Source: Bugula neritina
Lineage: Eukaryota; Animalia; Bryozoa
Length of the DNA stretch: 64,000 nucleotides
Direction of reading: 5' to 3'
NCBI GenBank assembly: GCA_964035545.1
Contig: OZ037771.1
Location: 2,677,628 to 2,741,627 of the forward strand
Part shown: piece by piece, positions 51,080 to 64,000 of the stretch
Layout of the letters: each line of letters opens with the position of its first letter
How positions within the stretch are numbered: the first letter of the stretch is position 1
Program-made: the position numbers and the translations under genes
The notes under the pieces: model-generated
The model's input: the letters and a program-made list of their open reading frames with translations, nothing else
Told to the model about the DNA's origin: nothing
Databases searched by the model: none

Positions 51080-53771
51080 CTATGGTTTACAAATTCCATT
51101 CACTGTGGGATCAGTAGAGAATCCTGTTGATGTTTGACACTGATTAGGGGCCTGGCAAGGACACGCCCCAACCTGAGAGAACTCTAGGAAAGTTTCTGGG
51201 GTGGAGCAAGTAGCACCTTCAACTGAGAAACTTTCACATACACCACTGGATTTATCTCCCTCCGCACTGAAATCATGAAAACATGGATTACTAATCATGA
51301 AAGAACTAGCAGAGACAAATAGCTATGGTAGGTTCTTACTAAGATATATAATCATAGTCTCCTTAGCTTACCTAAATGTACAGCATTGAGAGAGAGGACA
51401 ATCCATGTGCTCTACACAAGTAGTTGGAATGGGTGGAGTTATTTCTATAAGGTCAGGAGTTGTCATCTCTGGTGAGGGAGTTGTTGTATTGGATTCTACA
51501 CACTGTCCCTCGAATTTCCTTCTCCTCTCTCGTCTAGACATAGAGTTCTACAATTCAAACAAGAATAATTTACACACAACTAGAAGACTTTATACATTGT
51601 CTAAATGAAAATATTCATTCAATTTGCTGCTAGAGGCTTCAATGAACTACGCTTCTAATACTCACATCTGATTGGTTCACTTGGCATTCTAATCCCTCAG
51701 CACATGGACACTTGAAAATGTAGATGTCTATGGGATTCTCGTTATCTTCTGTGTTTCTGCATGTATCTCCAAGAGAGTTCAACTTTTCACATCTCATTCC
51801 TGATCTAAATGTATACAGTTTGATATTAAATGGATGTAATAAATATGAGTGCAAAAAATATATTAGAAAGACTTCATACAACCAAATGTATCTCACGTAT
51901 ATATTATCATAATATTACCTTCCAACTACACAGCATTCGTCCATCTCGCAATCATCTCCAGACAAACAGGAAATTGACTCGGTAGAGTTTCCTGTTGGAT
52001 CCACCGTTTCAGTCATGTTAGAATGTGTAGTAGTATTGGAACTGAAACAAATGAGCACGAAATGAACACCTTTACAATATATGACCGATCATATTCGGAA
52101 CAAAAACAAGAATATTGTTGTTTATTGAAAAATTTGGTGAATAAAAGTAGTTTAATGCAAAATAGATTCAATATAGACATACCTGCACATGCTTTCACTG
52201 GCTTCTCTGCAGAAAAATCTAATTGCTGTTCTTTTGAAGGAGTCTGGGAAGTCTAAAATATGCAAAATTTAAAAATTAGTAACTATAAACTCAATTTAAG
52301 GTACCACAAAATAAAAAGAATTATACAATAGTTCAGATTACTCACTTGCATTTGGAAAAACTTGCTCAAAGTTTCCAGCTTTACTCATCCAGTTGAAGCA
52401 ATAAGTGAGACACCAACTTGGAGTTGGTCTTTCTTTTCCAGATGAGCCTCTTCCTCCTCTCCTTCCTTGTCTGTGAGAGTTCTGACTGGATCCACCCATT
52501 TGGTGTTGCTTCCAAGAGCTTCTGCCTCCTTTGCCTCCCTTACCTCCTTTGCCTCCTTTGCCTCCTCTATGATTGCCATCTCTATTACCTCCCCTTCTTC
52601 CTTCGGTTCGGTTGTGACGACCTTCAGATCTCAGCCAACTAAACACACCCATATCTCCTGCTGAATCGGTGCTGTTGGAGCTACCTCCCTCAATTTCTGA
52701 CATGGTGTGAGTTCCATTGCCAGGCATGGCTGTTGTGGAGCGTTGGTGGGGTCTGTAAAATAAATGAATTTGAGTAAACTTAAAAACTCAAACATTCCGA
52801 GATATACTTGGTTCCTAGCCTTAACAAGTTTGAAGCTCATTGATGAGAAGTGACTGATAACAAAAGACATCTACTGGAAGACCATCAAAGTCTCTATTAA
52901 GTACAGTAATTATACTCTGCATATACTTGATATCATAAACTGTTACTCACCCTCCTCTCCCTCCACCATTCTTCCTTCCTCTGGTTGTTACACCTTGTTC
53001 TCTTCTTCCACCAAACCAACCTATAGTGTTATAACATTACATGAAGTACAAGAAGTTAAGGGTAACATGATTATACAATATATATGTATAGCAACTATGA
53101 AACATAAAGTTTACATATTAAATCAACGTAGCAATTCCATAAACACTTTTCGTATGCATATATTTTCAATCTGTAGTGTGATGGTTGCTTATTCCGTTAG
53201 ATTATTCTGTTTTTTGTTTTAACTTCGTAATTTTACCAAGTGTTTATAATGTTGTGAAGTAATAATTCAGTTTTTAATGGATGTTTGAAACTTTATGAAA
53301 AAAATAGTAATTTCTTACCTCCATTTGAGTTTCCTCCATTTGGATTGCCCGATTTCCTTCGACCTTCCGAAAATGAAATCTAAATTAAAATAAAAAACAT
53401 AGGTTAAAAAATCTTTATAAGAAATAACTTTTATGGAAACTGAATGGCAGTTTTTTACCACTAGTATGCGTTTCAGCTTTAAAATTTGAATATGCAGACC
53501 ATGATTTCATCTGTAGCTAATTTCTTACCAATTTACAAGAAAGCATTGGTTTGTAATATTATATAATGAAATTATGAAAAAAAATTTATAAAGAACAGTT
53601 GCAAGCAGTAGCCAAATATTAGTTTGGGTTTAATTAAAAATGTAGATAATTGTCTATATAATTGCAAAATTAAATTCTCTATAAAATATAATATTTACAT
53701 TCTGTTTCTGAAGAGTTTTAACTTACCAGCACAGCACAGACCAGCAGACAAAATAGAATTTGGATCTTCAT
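51080..53771 (-). CDS. Secreted Gly/Arg-rich protein with two prokineticin-like domains, copy 4 (all nine exons phase-compatible)
   Basis: MKIQILFCLLVCAVL-ISFSEG-RRKSG...GGKGGKGGKGGKGG...WCLTYCFNW...FFCREASESMC...CLSGDDCEMDECC...CPCAEGLEC...QC...CVEHMDCPLSQCC...CPCQAPNQC...ICKP-stop. Confidence 0.82.
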
Positions 53772-54737
53772 GTTTGTTGTTTAGTTGCAGACTTTAGAAT
53801 GAAACATCTCAGATCTACTCCAACTTATATACCTGAAAAGATGTGACGAAACAACACAAAACATGTGTTTCTAATTTCATACTGGATGACTCATGTAATT
53901 GTCACGTGACCAACAAAACAAAAACTTTTAGTACACTACTAACCGTTAATGTTCTAATGTTCATTCAACATCCCATTGGCTACGGTTACCTGCATGTGGG
54001 ATCAAGTACTCAGTTAACCAATCAAATAGAGTTTTAGAGACAAGGTCATGTGCACCAGAAATCAGAAAAACATCACTATTTAGAAAGCTGTGGCTATGCT
54101 AACCCACACACATAAAAGTGATCGGCTCATATACCATGGAATGTGTTGTCATGTTGTTTAATTTATCATCTAAATCAGAAGACGAGCTTAGTAACTATTG
54201 AGTCACGTAGCAACATGTTAGTTTAATATATGCGGGCTATATTAGTTTATTTAGTACATGCAAGATAAGAGCTTCAAATATAATGCATGGCAACCTACTC
54301 AAAACTCAGCAAAAAACAATTATCAATCATAATTTTGGCAATCTAGTAGTTCGCAACACTAAATAACAATTCACTTTGAGTAGAAGCTGTTTTTAGTAGC
54401 AGATTCAAATTGATAAGTGAGCTGTATTATAATATCCACATTACAAATATAAAGAATTATGTAATAAATATCATAGCAATTATCAAACTTCAAACTTGCA
54501 GTCATTGGAGTTTGAATACTGATTATTTTATACATGTATAATAATACTTTGTTGTAATGCATTGTTTACTTATTTTTGAATAACTTATAATAAACATGCC
54601 AAAATCTTCCAAAGAGAATGTAAAGATATTTATCCGTCAATACAAATATGTAAAAGTATTTTGTCATTGTTTTCACCTGGTTAAGGTGTAGTGATATAAT
54701 CATCTTCTATATGAAGTGGTTAGAAAGGATGTCTTTA

Positions 54738-55066
54738 TACACACACACACGCACACACGCACACACAGCACACACACAGCACACAGCACACAGCACACAC
54801 AGCACACACACACACACAGCACACACAGCACACACAGCACACACAGCACACACAGCACACACAGCACACACAGCACACACAGCACACAGCACACACAGCA
54901 CACACAGCACACACAGCACACAGCACACACAGCACACACAGCACACACAGCACACACAGCACACACAGCACACACAGCACACACAGCACACACAGCACAC
55001 ACAGCACACACAGCACACACAGCACACACAGCACACACAGCACACACAGCACACACAGCACACACA
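54738..55066. repeat. Compound (CA)n/(CACACACAG)n microsatellite
   Basis: Visible repeat; source of several spurious ORFs. Confidence 0.95.
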
Positions 55067-55698
55067 AAATGGTTCTACCTTAAAGCATGCCTATATTAAA
55101 AGAAGAGCTAGTGTAAGCCAAAGAGCTGATATTTCCATTCTAATCATAAAGGGTTTTCTGTAAATGTTTCAAAAGGTATGGAAAATCATCAGCAAAATTT
55201 CGCAATAAAGTTTCAAGAAAGCACTGGAAATGAGGCTCTTTGTCAGGTTTGTTTATCCCCAAATCTTGTGCCAAAAATGCTTCCTTATAGCAATAAAATA
55301 TGTCCCACAGAGCATAGTCTAGGTTTAAAGTAAATAATTCCTATCAAATGGGTGGTGGCATGTGCCTGCCTACAAACACCTCAGTCAACTAGATCTCAAG
55401 CTTTAACCTAATTATCTGTTTTATGTCAAGTAAACAGCACCTGATTATAATAACAAAGACATCAAGCTGCTGCCTCTAATATAATAATAGTTTATGAGGT
55501 GATATCCTGGTATATCTAGGGTAGTATATCCTTATTGCTATGAATAAAACATGTTTGTACTATATATTTTAGTAACGTGTGACTCATCAACATGTGATAC
55601 TACTGATGTACAGAGCTGCAACCTCAAAGTGTTTGGGGTTTGGGGTGGTTAAAAAGCCTAATTTTTTATACTTAAGTGTTTCACTATCACATAAATAA

Positions 55699-55699
<1 letters not shown>

Positions 55700-55731
<32 letters not shown>
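55700..55731. repeat. Poly-C/G homopolymer (about 32 nt)
   Basis: Visible run; shorter C-runs near 3556, 42576 and 48812. Confidence 0.85.
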
Positions 55732-55732
<1 letters not shown>

Positions 55733-57943
55733 AATCTGCAAACCAAGAAGCACATTATGAAATACCATCCTGTTTTAGTGATCATTGCAAAACTCCCTTA
55801 CTCAATGCTAACCTATATTGTAATATAACGTAATATACTATATTAGCATAATGCATTATATCATATAGAATATATTTTATAGTATAATTTATTTTATTTA
55901 TACAATATATAATGTTGCTGCATGATATATTATATTGCTAATACATACTGTATTGTTTAATTTTATATTATTGTGCATAGTATATAATATATCTTATTAT
56001 GTTCATTGAGATTGTTGAAAAGTTAAAAAAAACAACCTAATAACTACAGAAGGTACACACCTAGCAATATCAATTAAAACCAAATTTCACGCACCAACAG
56101 CAGTACCAACAGGCTATTAGTTACATTTATATATAATGTACTATATATTATATAATATACTATATATTATATAATATACAAAGTTGAGGGTATTCTCCCA
56201 AATATAACAATTATATTTTTCAAATTTTGCTTGATTTCTGACACAGCCTGAATTTTTCTATTTCTTTATTGTATAATTTTCAATGCAAAAAGTAAAAATC
56301 AAGTTGGGGGAACAGATGCAGCAAACCTCAAATTTTTTAGGCCTGCAAGATAGAGAATTAGGCTATGTTGTACTGCAAACAGTCAAGTACTTTGTGAATC
56401 AACTCACCTGGTTGTGATTTACATATTTTAATGTTAGTTCATGCTTGAAAAACTTATCCTATAAACCAGTATAATGATTTATCCTGCATTGCACTGCTAC
56501 TGTACTGTACATTGTACTGTTAGCTGCACTCAGGGTGATATATCAGAGTGGCAGCAATGGCTAATGAGGCATTGTCCTCACTTTGTCTTTTAACCCTTTG
56601 GTTGTAAGGAGACAGAAATTACAGTAGCCTCAAACTTCTAAACTTCTATATATGAGTTTCGTAATTTTCTTCAAAAAATAATTAATGAAAAAGTTAACAA
56701 ATTTGAGGAAAGTTTTTGCTATGAGTATTAAAACAACAAATGCACTTAGTGTAACAGTATTCCACCATTGTTTCACTTAAGTAAATATCAAATATACAGT
56801 AACAGCTGTTTACCTCAAACTTTGCATAAACACATGAACTTGAAGTTTGTAAATTTGTTTGAGTCTCATTTTTACAAGCTAGTGTAATCTAGTTATTTTA
56901 TTCTTAGCTGTTTATAGTCAATAATTCCGGTGAAATTTTCCAACCAGCAAAATAGAGTATGTATTTTTAGAATACAGCCTCAGAATATTTATAGTATTTT
57001 TGGCTCTTAGCTGCTTGAATCATGTATAGCATAGTGTTATGCTACGGCAGCTTCTACAAAAATTAGCATCTTTTTTTGTAAAATTTCTTTCAGGAGCTGT
57101 CTAATCTACACTCGTGAAGTTGCTGCATGTTTCCTAGTTTTATTGACTGACAGTTTTTCTTTTGCAATTTTTAAAATTGTAGAAGTTAGCATAAAGTTAT
57201 AGATGTCAAAATCAAGTCATGATATTCTACATGGGTGCAGTTTAGTAACATGATAGGTTGTCTATTTGTAAAATAAAAAACAATCTTGCTTGAAACATGA
57301 ATCAATTAAAAATCATTAACTCAAGTTAAGCAAAAATCTAACTCTCCGCGCCAAACAGTGATGTTTATTCTCTGTAGCTCCACATGTTTGTTTACCTACA
57401 TAAATTAGCATAATGGTGAGTAACGATCCTACTTAACTTTGGATAATTTAGTGATATATGCGCTTAAACCTATGATTTGCTTCTCAATAATTTGTGTGTT
57501 TTTATGCATCTTTATGAATCAGCACCACCACGCATCATACTCACACAAATAAAGAAGGATCTAACTTTATTTTGAGTGTATTTTTAGTTCATATAGCTGC
57601 ACTGTATAGCTGTATTTACATAAAATGCGCAGAATTAACACATGGTTTCACTATTTACAATTTGCACGGTACTAAAAACAATAACATAACATAAAAATTC
57701 TGAACTGAAGATAAGTTAAATTAATAAATTATTAAACATGAATTCTGATTGGCCAAACTGGCTGAGCTTGAGATCCTAACTCAGTAAAAAGAGAGATTAC
57801 GGCTAAATTAAATATATTATATTATATGTGCGACAAATATATTTCAATAAAAATAAAACATATTTCTTCTGAATATAGATATGGCATAGTAAGAGTTGAA
57901 TGTATATGGTGAAGTTTGCGTGAGATGGTTTCCGTGGTTACAG

Positions 57944-60900
57944 TTAAAGAGGCGGAGGGAGGTAATCATCATAATCATAGCTGTCTGAGGTGGTAGCTGA
58001 TTGCGATTTGGCTGCATGATTTAAACCCGTGTTTTTATATAATAACTTGGGGCCTTCTTTTGGGCGATCAACTGATGGTGTTGCCAATCTCGAGGCCGTC
58101 TGGGCTTCATTTAACTTCGGCATCACCTGTGATGACTGTAGACTACCTGGTGCTTGCTTAACTGACAACTTCGGTATTAATGATTTACCAGATTTTGACA
58201 CTCGGTGCAAGGTGGGAGTTTCCACAATGTCAGCTGGTTTGCTCTGCATGCTGTCATCACAAATATGTTCAATTATTGCAGACGTACCCGAAGCAGTTTG
58301 ATTGGCAGAAGAGTTGAGCATATAATCAGCAAAGTGAGAAGGAGGCGGGGTTATCCCCGGTACAGAATGTCTACTACGAGGACTATCTGCTGGTGGAGGT
58401 AATATTGAAACAGGAGGAGAGAAGCTGTCGCTGTCAGTGTGACTCGCGCCGTCCGGTTTCAAAAGAACTCTGGGAAAGACGGATGTACTGTCAGCGGTTT
58501 CTGGAGTCACGTTGCTGCCGCTGTCACATGTCACCTGTTGTCGAAGTGTCTGACTGTTGGGTGTGCTGTGACGGGTGGGCAGCTCTTTTGACAGCTGCTT
58601 GACTGAACAATCGCTTGCATTTCCAGACTTTTCTCTGATTCTCTGAAGTACTGGCGCCACTATACTTTCTCTACCTTTAGATGATAGATTTGACTGAGTA
58701 GAACCAGTGTTTGCTAAGGAGTTGTAACCGTCATCTAAACATGGCGACCTGCAAATCATCATAACAAAACCTTAATAAGCTGAACTTCTAGAATGCTTAG
58801 TAGATTTACTTATGATGCAGGAGCAGCCATAAAGAAATACTAATAAACAAAATTCTTTAATTTTCTAGGTGAATTTTCACAAGAACATAACTTTTTTGCT
58901 TTTTTTTCAGTTCTAGAAAACAACCTTTTCTCAATTTCTCCATGACTGCACCTACCTCAACTTATCAAAAGATAATTTTTTCAGGTTCGCAACAAAAATA
59001 TTAGTTTTAATCCTTTCAATGTTGGATTGCACTCGAAACTTCGAGAAATAATTGCAATATATGAAATAAAACAATGCTATAGTTGCAAATATATGATACA
59101 TATTCGTTTAGTACATTATTTTGTAATATCTAAATAATATACGGAAGTCTAGGGGTGAAATCTGATTTTAGCTATCTGTTTAATCCTGGATTTTCATGAT
59201 GAATCAAGCATTGCAATGAGGAAGGTCTGACAGGATTACAGGGTTCACTGCACGCAAGTTGCTCTTAGCGTAATACTCAGATAGAAACTGTGACTATTAC
59301 ATTGAACTGAACACCCACCTTTGTCCATTCACTAATAAGGCAGAAGGATCGTTGGCTATAGGTGAGACAGTGGGGGATAACTCCGAACTGGTATTTTCTA
59401 CTGGAGTAGTATGCGGTACTGGGTGAACCTCAGCAGAAGTGTTTACCAACTCACTCTGGTTGTTGGAGCCAGTGGAGGAAAGGTGGTTGATTAAAGCTCT
59501 GTACTCACTAGTAATTCAAATATAAATAGTTATATAACAAATAATGCAGACCATAAAATTATAGTATATGATAATATAATGTAAAAAATAAAACAATCAC
59601 TTTTACAAGCCCAACATTCAAGGTAGCCTAGTTTGAAAAAATTACACAGAGATATACAATAGAGCATTAAGTGTGCATGAATCTACCTAGAAAAACTGGG
59701 TATGTTAGTGTAGAGATTTAACCTGGTGGTATGTTCAAAGCACAAATTAGTACCAATACATATATTGTACTCTATACTGTAATTTTGTTACTAGCTATAA
59801 ATCATAATTTATATTTAATTGAATTTAGAGCAAACTATTAGGCAGTAGATTTGATTAGGTATCATTCATGAATCAGAACAAGCGCAAATAAAAACATATT
59901 ATAACAGATACCAGCATGATACTACACACCCAAATATTAGCTATTTTATCTGCAAATTTCTCATGATCACATGCTTGGATAAGATTGTTTATAATTTCAG
60001 GAGATATAAATTATAATTGACTTCTAAAAATGACAAGTGATTCACAGTCAGGTGCAGCCGGATAATGAGTAAATAAGAATACATAGTGACGTGTTGATTG
60101 AAAGCAGCAGTGGTAAAGAATCTGCATTATACTGCATGCTATATATCTGCTAGATGTTGGGCAACATGTAGCATCATAACATCTGTAACTAATCCCAACA
60201 AAACAGTTAATATGCTTGTGTTTTGATAAGCTTCATGACTTTACAAGTTGCCATATCATTTCCCAACATCCTGTTAGAGTTATGCTATTTAATCTGCATG
60301 CCCTCAACTAGTTCTAATTTATCACACCTTCTGGGAATAAAACCAATACTATTGCAAACCTAACATTAAGGACAATTCTAGTTCAAACAATACACACAGG
60401 TATACAATAGAGCAATTATACACAAATTAATGGGTATGTTGGTGCAGATATTTAACCTGGTGAATGTCTAAAGCACAACTTAGAACAGGTACATAGCATA
60501 GCTGTTATTAGCTAAATGCAAAGCGGTGTGTTAATATTTCACCTGTTGCTATTTTCATAAAAACAGCAATAATAAACCGTATATAACAGTACAGGGTGTG
60601 CATATGTTGAATATGTGACAGTTGACAGTGGAGAAGTAGCAAAACTATCAAAATAAATTGTAGGAAATTTTATAAAATCAAATTTATGACAAAACTATTC
60701 AACATGCAAGTATTGTGGAATAGATTAGAGTTTTCTTACCTATCAGCATTGACTTGAGTTGTGTTTGGTTTTCCCACTGGTAAACCGCGGATTAATTTGT
60801 CTAACTCTGATTGGTCAGTTAAGCTAGCCGGCTTCCTGTATTTTGGCTTATGTCGCTTTCTCTTTGGTTTCTAAAGTAAAGATTACAGAGTCTAGAAATT

Positions 60901-63685
60901 TTGTTCCTCTTTCAGAAGTCTGAATGAGTGAGTCTATCAACAAGTAAACAAACAAAATGCTAGAGTCTAAATTGTGAACAACAACTTTTGATTTTTAAAA
61001 CTTATTCAACCACTTTTTCTAAAATTCTTAATTTCAACTACTTCTCAGGGCTATGTTAAAAATTGAGATGAGTAAAAAGTTTTCTAACCAAAGTTTCTTT
61101 ACTAATGACTTGATGTAAACATTTAAACAAACTGTAGCTACCATAGTCTGAAGTCCGGTTGCTTAGCAACAATATAATATGGCGAATATTAAGAGTTATC
61201 TTACCTTATGCCTTGAGTTCCTGTTCAAGGAGGGAGACCTGTAGTTGAGCTCATGATTGAAGTGACTCACCATTGACTCATCAGGAGGGGACGCTAGCAG
61301 ACGTCTCTCAGCAGGGGACAGAAGAGTGTGGAGCACGTCTGTGCTGTGCACAAAATCCTCAGGCTTTATGTGGTACGGGTCAGGCAAGTTTGCCACAAGC
61401 ATAGCGTTATGTTGCACCGTCTGGTCTGGAATGTAGACAGTTGAGTATATTGTATATTTCAGTGTACAAATTAAATTCTTGAAAAAACATCTGTCATATC
61501 TTTATAAAATAAAATGAAAATGAGCAAGTGGACAGAGAAAAAAAGGAAAATTATTTTTTCAAGTACAACAGAATGATTTAAAAGCTATATTCTAGACACA
61601 ACATAAGTTTCTACAGATAATCTTTTCTTGAAGATTTTAAATAGTACAAGGCAAGTTTTGCTCTATAATATTGGCATTTTCCGATTACAGATTATTTGGT
61701 ATTGGATTGTCTAACCGTGAAGGTTACGCTTGCGATGCGACTTCCGTGTTCGTCTCGTAGGATACGTGTCAGCATCAACATTGTGTGTTCTAGAGTGATT
61801 CGCCCTCTTGGACGGTCGATCAGCATTCCCGTGGCGGTGATGATGTTTGGATGGTTGAAATGGCAGCGATGTTGGCCGTGAGGGGTGGTGCTTATGATGA
61901 ATATCTTGCTGGGACTGCTGCCCTTTCTTTGACGTTTTCACTGTATTGAGGGATGTCGTTCCGTCACCAAACTGGCAGTACTGGCCATCTTTTACCTGCA
62001 ATCACGTAACGTCAAACAAACATGGAAATTTATCATAAAGCTGCTGTATTCAAACTTGTACTGAAGCAATATTTTCATATTTTGAAGAAAGGTTTTTCAA
62101 ACTGTCATACCCTCTCATAAAATTTTAAAACTTTGTAGATTTTTAGTTGCTATTGTTGAAATTCATCAGCACGCAAATTAAAATATTAAAATATATAATA
62201 TGTATATAATATTAATATATATTTTTTTTAGATGTGACCAGTGACTGTTTCAAAACATTAGCAACATTCAACTTAATAAACCATTATCATACTAGGAAAT
62301 TAAGTCACCACTGCTGCACGTTGCCTTAATACCACAAGTGAACTAATTTACCTGCATGACTATATGATTAGGACTATCCTCTACATCAGATTTCATTGGT
62401 CGAGAGAGTCGCCTTCTCCTGTATATAAGAACTCCGACTATGACTGGCACCAACACACTACCTGTCACAATTCCAGCTATTATAGTGGGCAACTCCCACT
62501 TTGATTGCACTGTTTCAGATGTCGCCAATTCAACATGGCCAGACGATGAAGAAACTAGAAGTATAAGACAGTTGTAAGATATCTATTCAATCTGTCCCAC
62601 CAAAAGAATAGGCAAGTTTTTCTATTGAGTAGAATACTACTAAGTTTAAAATGTCATATTTTAAAAAAGACTTTCTGGCAACTCAACTTTTACTTTAAAA
62701 TGAACTAAAACTGTTACTTTGGGAAAGAAATACAATCTCTAATCCATTTAGAATAATATGAAAAATTATAAAATGTGTTTATTTTTCAATTTTTGAGGCT
62801 TTAGTATACTTTAAGTTAATTATATATCCATTTATAAGCAATTATTTAAAATACAAAACATTGTAATCTGAAAACATAACTCCAAATACATTGCAGAATA
62901 AAAACATAACTAATATTATTTCCTGCAGGGGGAACGTAATTTAAACTACAAGTTTTCAAAGTCTATTAAATAAGCTCTGTATATATTTGTCTATATACAT
63001 AAATACAAGCTAAATGTAAAGCAGATTGAATCTGTATGTCCCACAATGCATAGAATATCCTTTCTAGCATACCTGTCATGCTATAGACTCCTATGAACAA
63101 GTCGGGGTAGTCTGGTACAAGTTCACTGGACATGAATTCAATGTGGAGATAATTACTAGATGATATAATAGATAGATCTTCAAAGTCTTCATTACCCTTG
63201 AGATCAAATAGTAGGCTGGCATCAAATGTAGCCCCATCTCTTATCTATAACATAGTTAGACTCCCCAGCTAAAGAATTAGTTAAATAACATTATAAAAGG
63301 TGAACTAATATAATTTGTTATCACTTTTACCAACTTAATCATAAAAAGGTTTTGCTGCCTATAAATTGAGTTTATTAAACAGTAAAAATTTGAAATTAAG
63401 GACTAATTTTGATAAATTTTATTAATCAAAATAATTTTTTGCTAAAACCCTGTAGCCTCAAATTCACCACCTTTTCCCTTTGCAAGTGACCATTTGATAT
63501 TAGTATATTATGTAAAAACTTCAATTTGTCTTCATGCAGCAGAGATAAGTGATCAACATACCTTTAGTATTTGTCCTGCGGCATTCCATTTGAAATTAGT
63601 TAAGTTTAGTTGAATCACAGCATTGGGTGGTGCTTCAAGAGTCCAAACTATGTGCACCTTGTAGTCTTTAGTCCCCGGGCAAGAC
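57944..63685 (-). CDS. Single-pass transmembrane protein with a CUB-like ectodomain and long Ser/Pro-rich cytoplasmic tail (5' end beyond window)
   Basis: Phase-compatible exons 63685-63562, 63244-63073 (IVWTLEAPPNAVIQLNLTNF...ILKIRDG...IISSSNYLHIEFMS...FIGVY, CUB pattern), 62554-62352 (TM IIAGIVTGSVLVPVIVGVLIY-RRRR), 61995-61716, 61425-61205, 60870-60740, 59507-59319, 58748-57944 (ends YDYDDYLPPPL-stop). Confidence 0.8.
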
Positions 63686-64000
63686 CTACAAATATAATGG
63701 GAATCATTTTGACAACAGAAAACTAAATTAAGATCTCTAAAATATTTATTTTTGCTACTTTTTATGAAACAAGAATCACTTATACCTAGTCGTGGCAATA
63801 ATTTAAAAGTCATGTCTCAATACTTAATAACATACAGACTGCAAATGGCTTTTGGCATTTAGCTGTTAGCATACAATATAATTATAATATCACTATTGAC
63901 AGCTTTAACTGATATATAATTTCAGCAAATACATATGATGAAGTGGTTTTAAATTAATGTATATAATAGTATATTGCTGAAGGCCATTTCAAATGTATTG

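Larger units (their letters stand above)
41035..55605. repeat. Tandem segmental duplication units (about 6.3-6.5 kb period) carrying copies 2-4 with their flanks
   Basis: 41035-44590 is near-colinear with 47367-51079; a more diverged homologue runs 53772-55605 (e.g. gtcaagtaaacagcacctgattataataacaaag near 42942, 49171, 55426). Confidence 0.88.

Noticed and set aside
54700-55163. Cys/Val- and His/Thr-rich ORFs resembling metallothionein or His-rich proteins
   Set aside because: Translations of the (CA)/(CACACACAG)n microsatellite

Overview
AT-rich animal (invertebrate-like) genomic DNA with spliceosomal introns; the species cannot be determined from the sequence. Left to right: (1) the 3' part of a PDE2-type GAF-GAF cyclic-nucleotide phosphodiesterase gene (+, 440-13460), with two GC-AG introns and a 2.7-kb in-frame candidate alternative terminal exon that ends in a CaaX-like motif; (2) a complete condensin SMC4 gene (+, 15966-26690), many of whose introns are filled by different minisatellites, several built from splice-site sequence; (3) a 5'-truncated non-LTR retrotransposon broken by a 5-bp duplication; (4) a four-copy inverted/tandem cluster of secreted proteins with a Gly/Arg-rich region and one or two 10-Cys prokineticin/colipase-like domains (33285-53771), with a tRNA-Thr-derived SINE and a TAA-flanked MITE between copies 1 and 2; (5) the 3' part of a CUB-domain single-pass membrane protein gene (-, 57944 to beyond 63685). 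The most promising leads are the possibly prenylated, catalytically dead PDE2 isoform and the diversifying secreted prokineticin-like gene cluster. All exon models were read by eye and need RNA confirmation.
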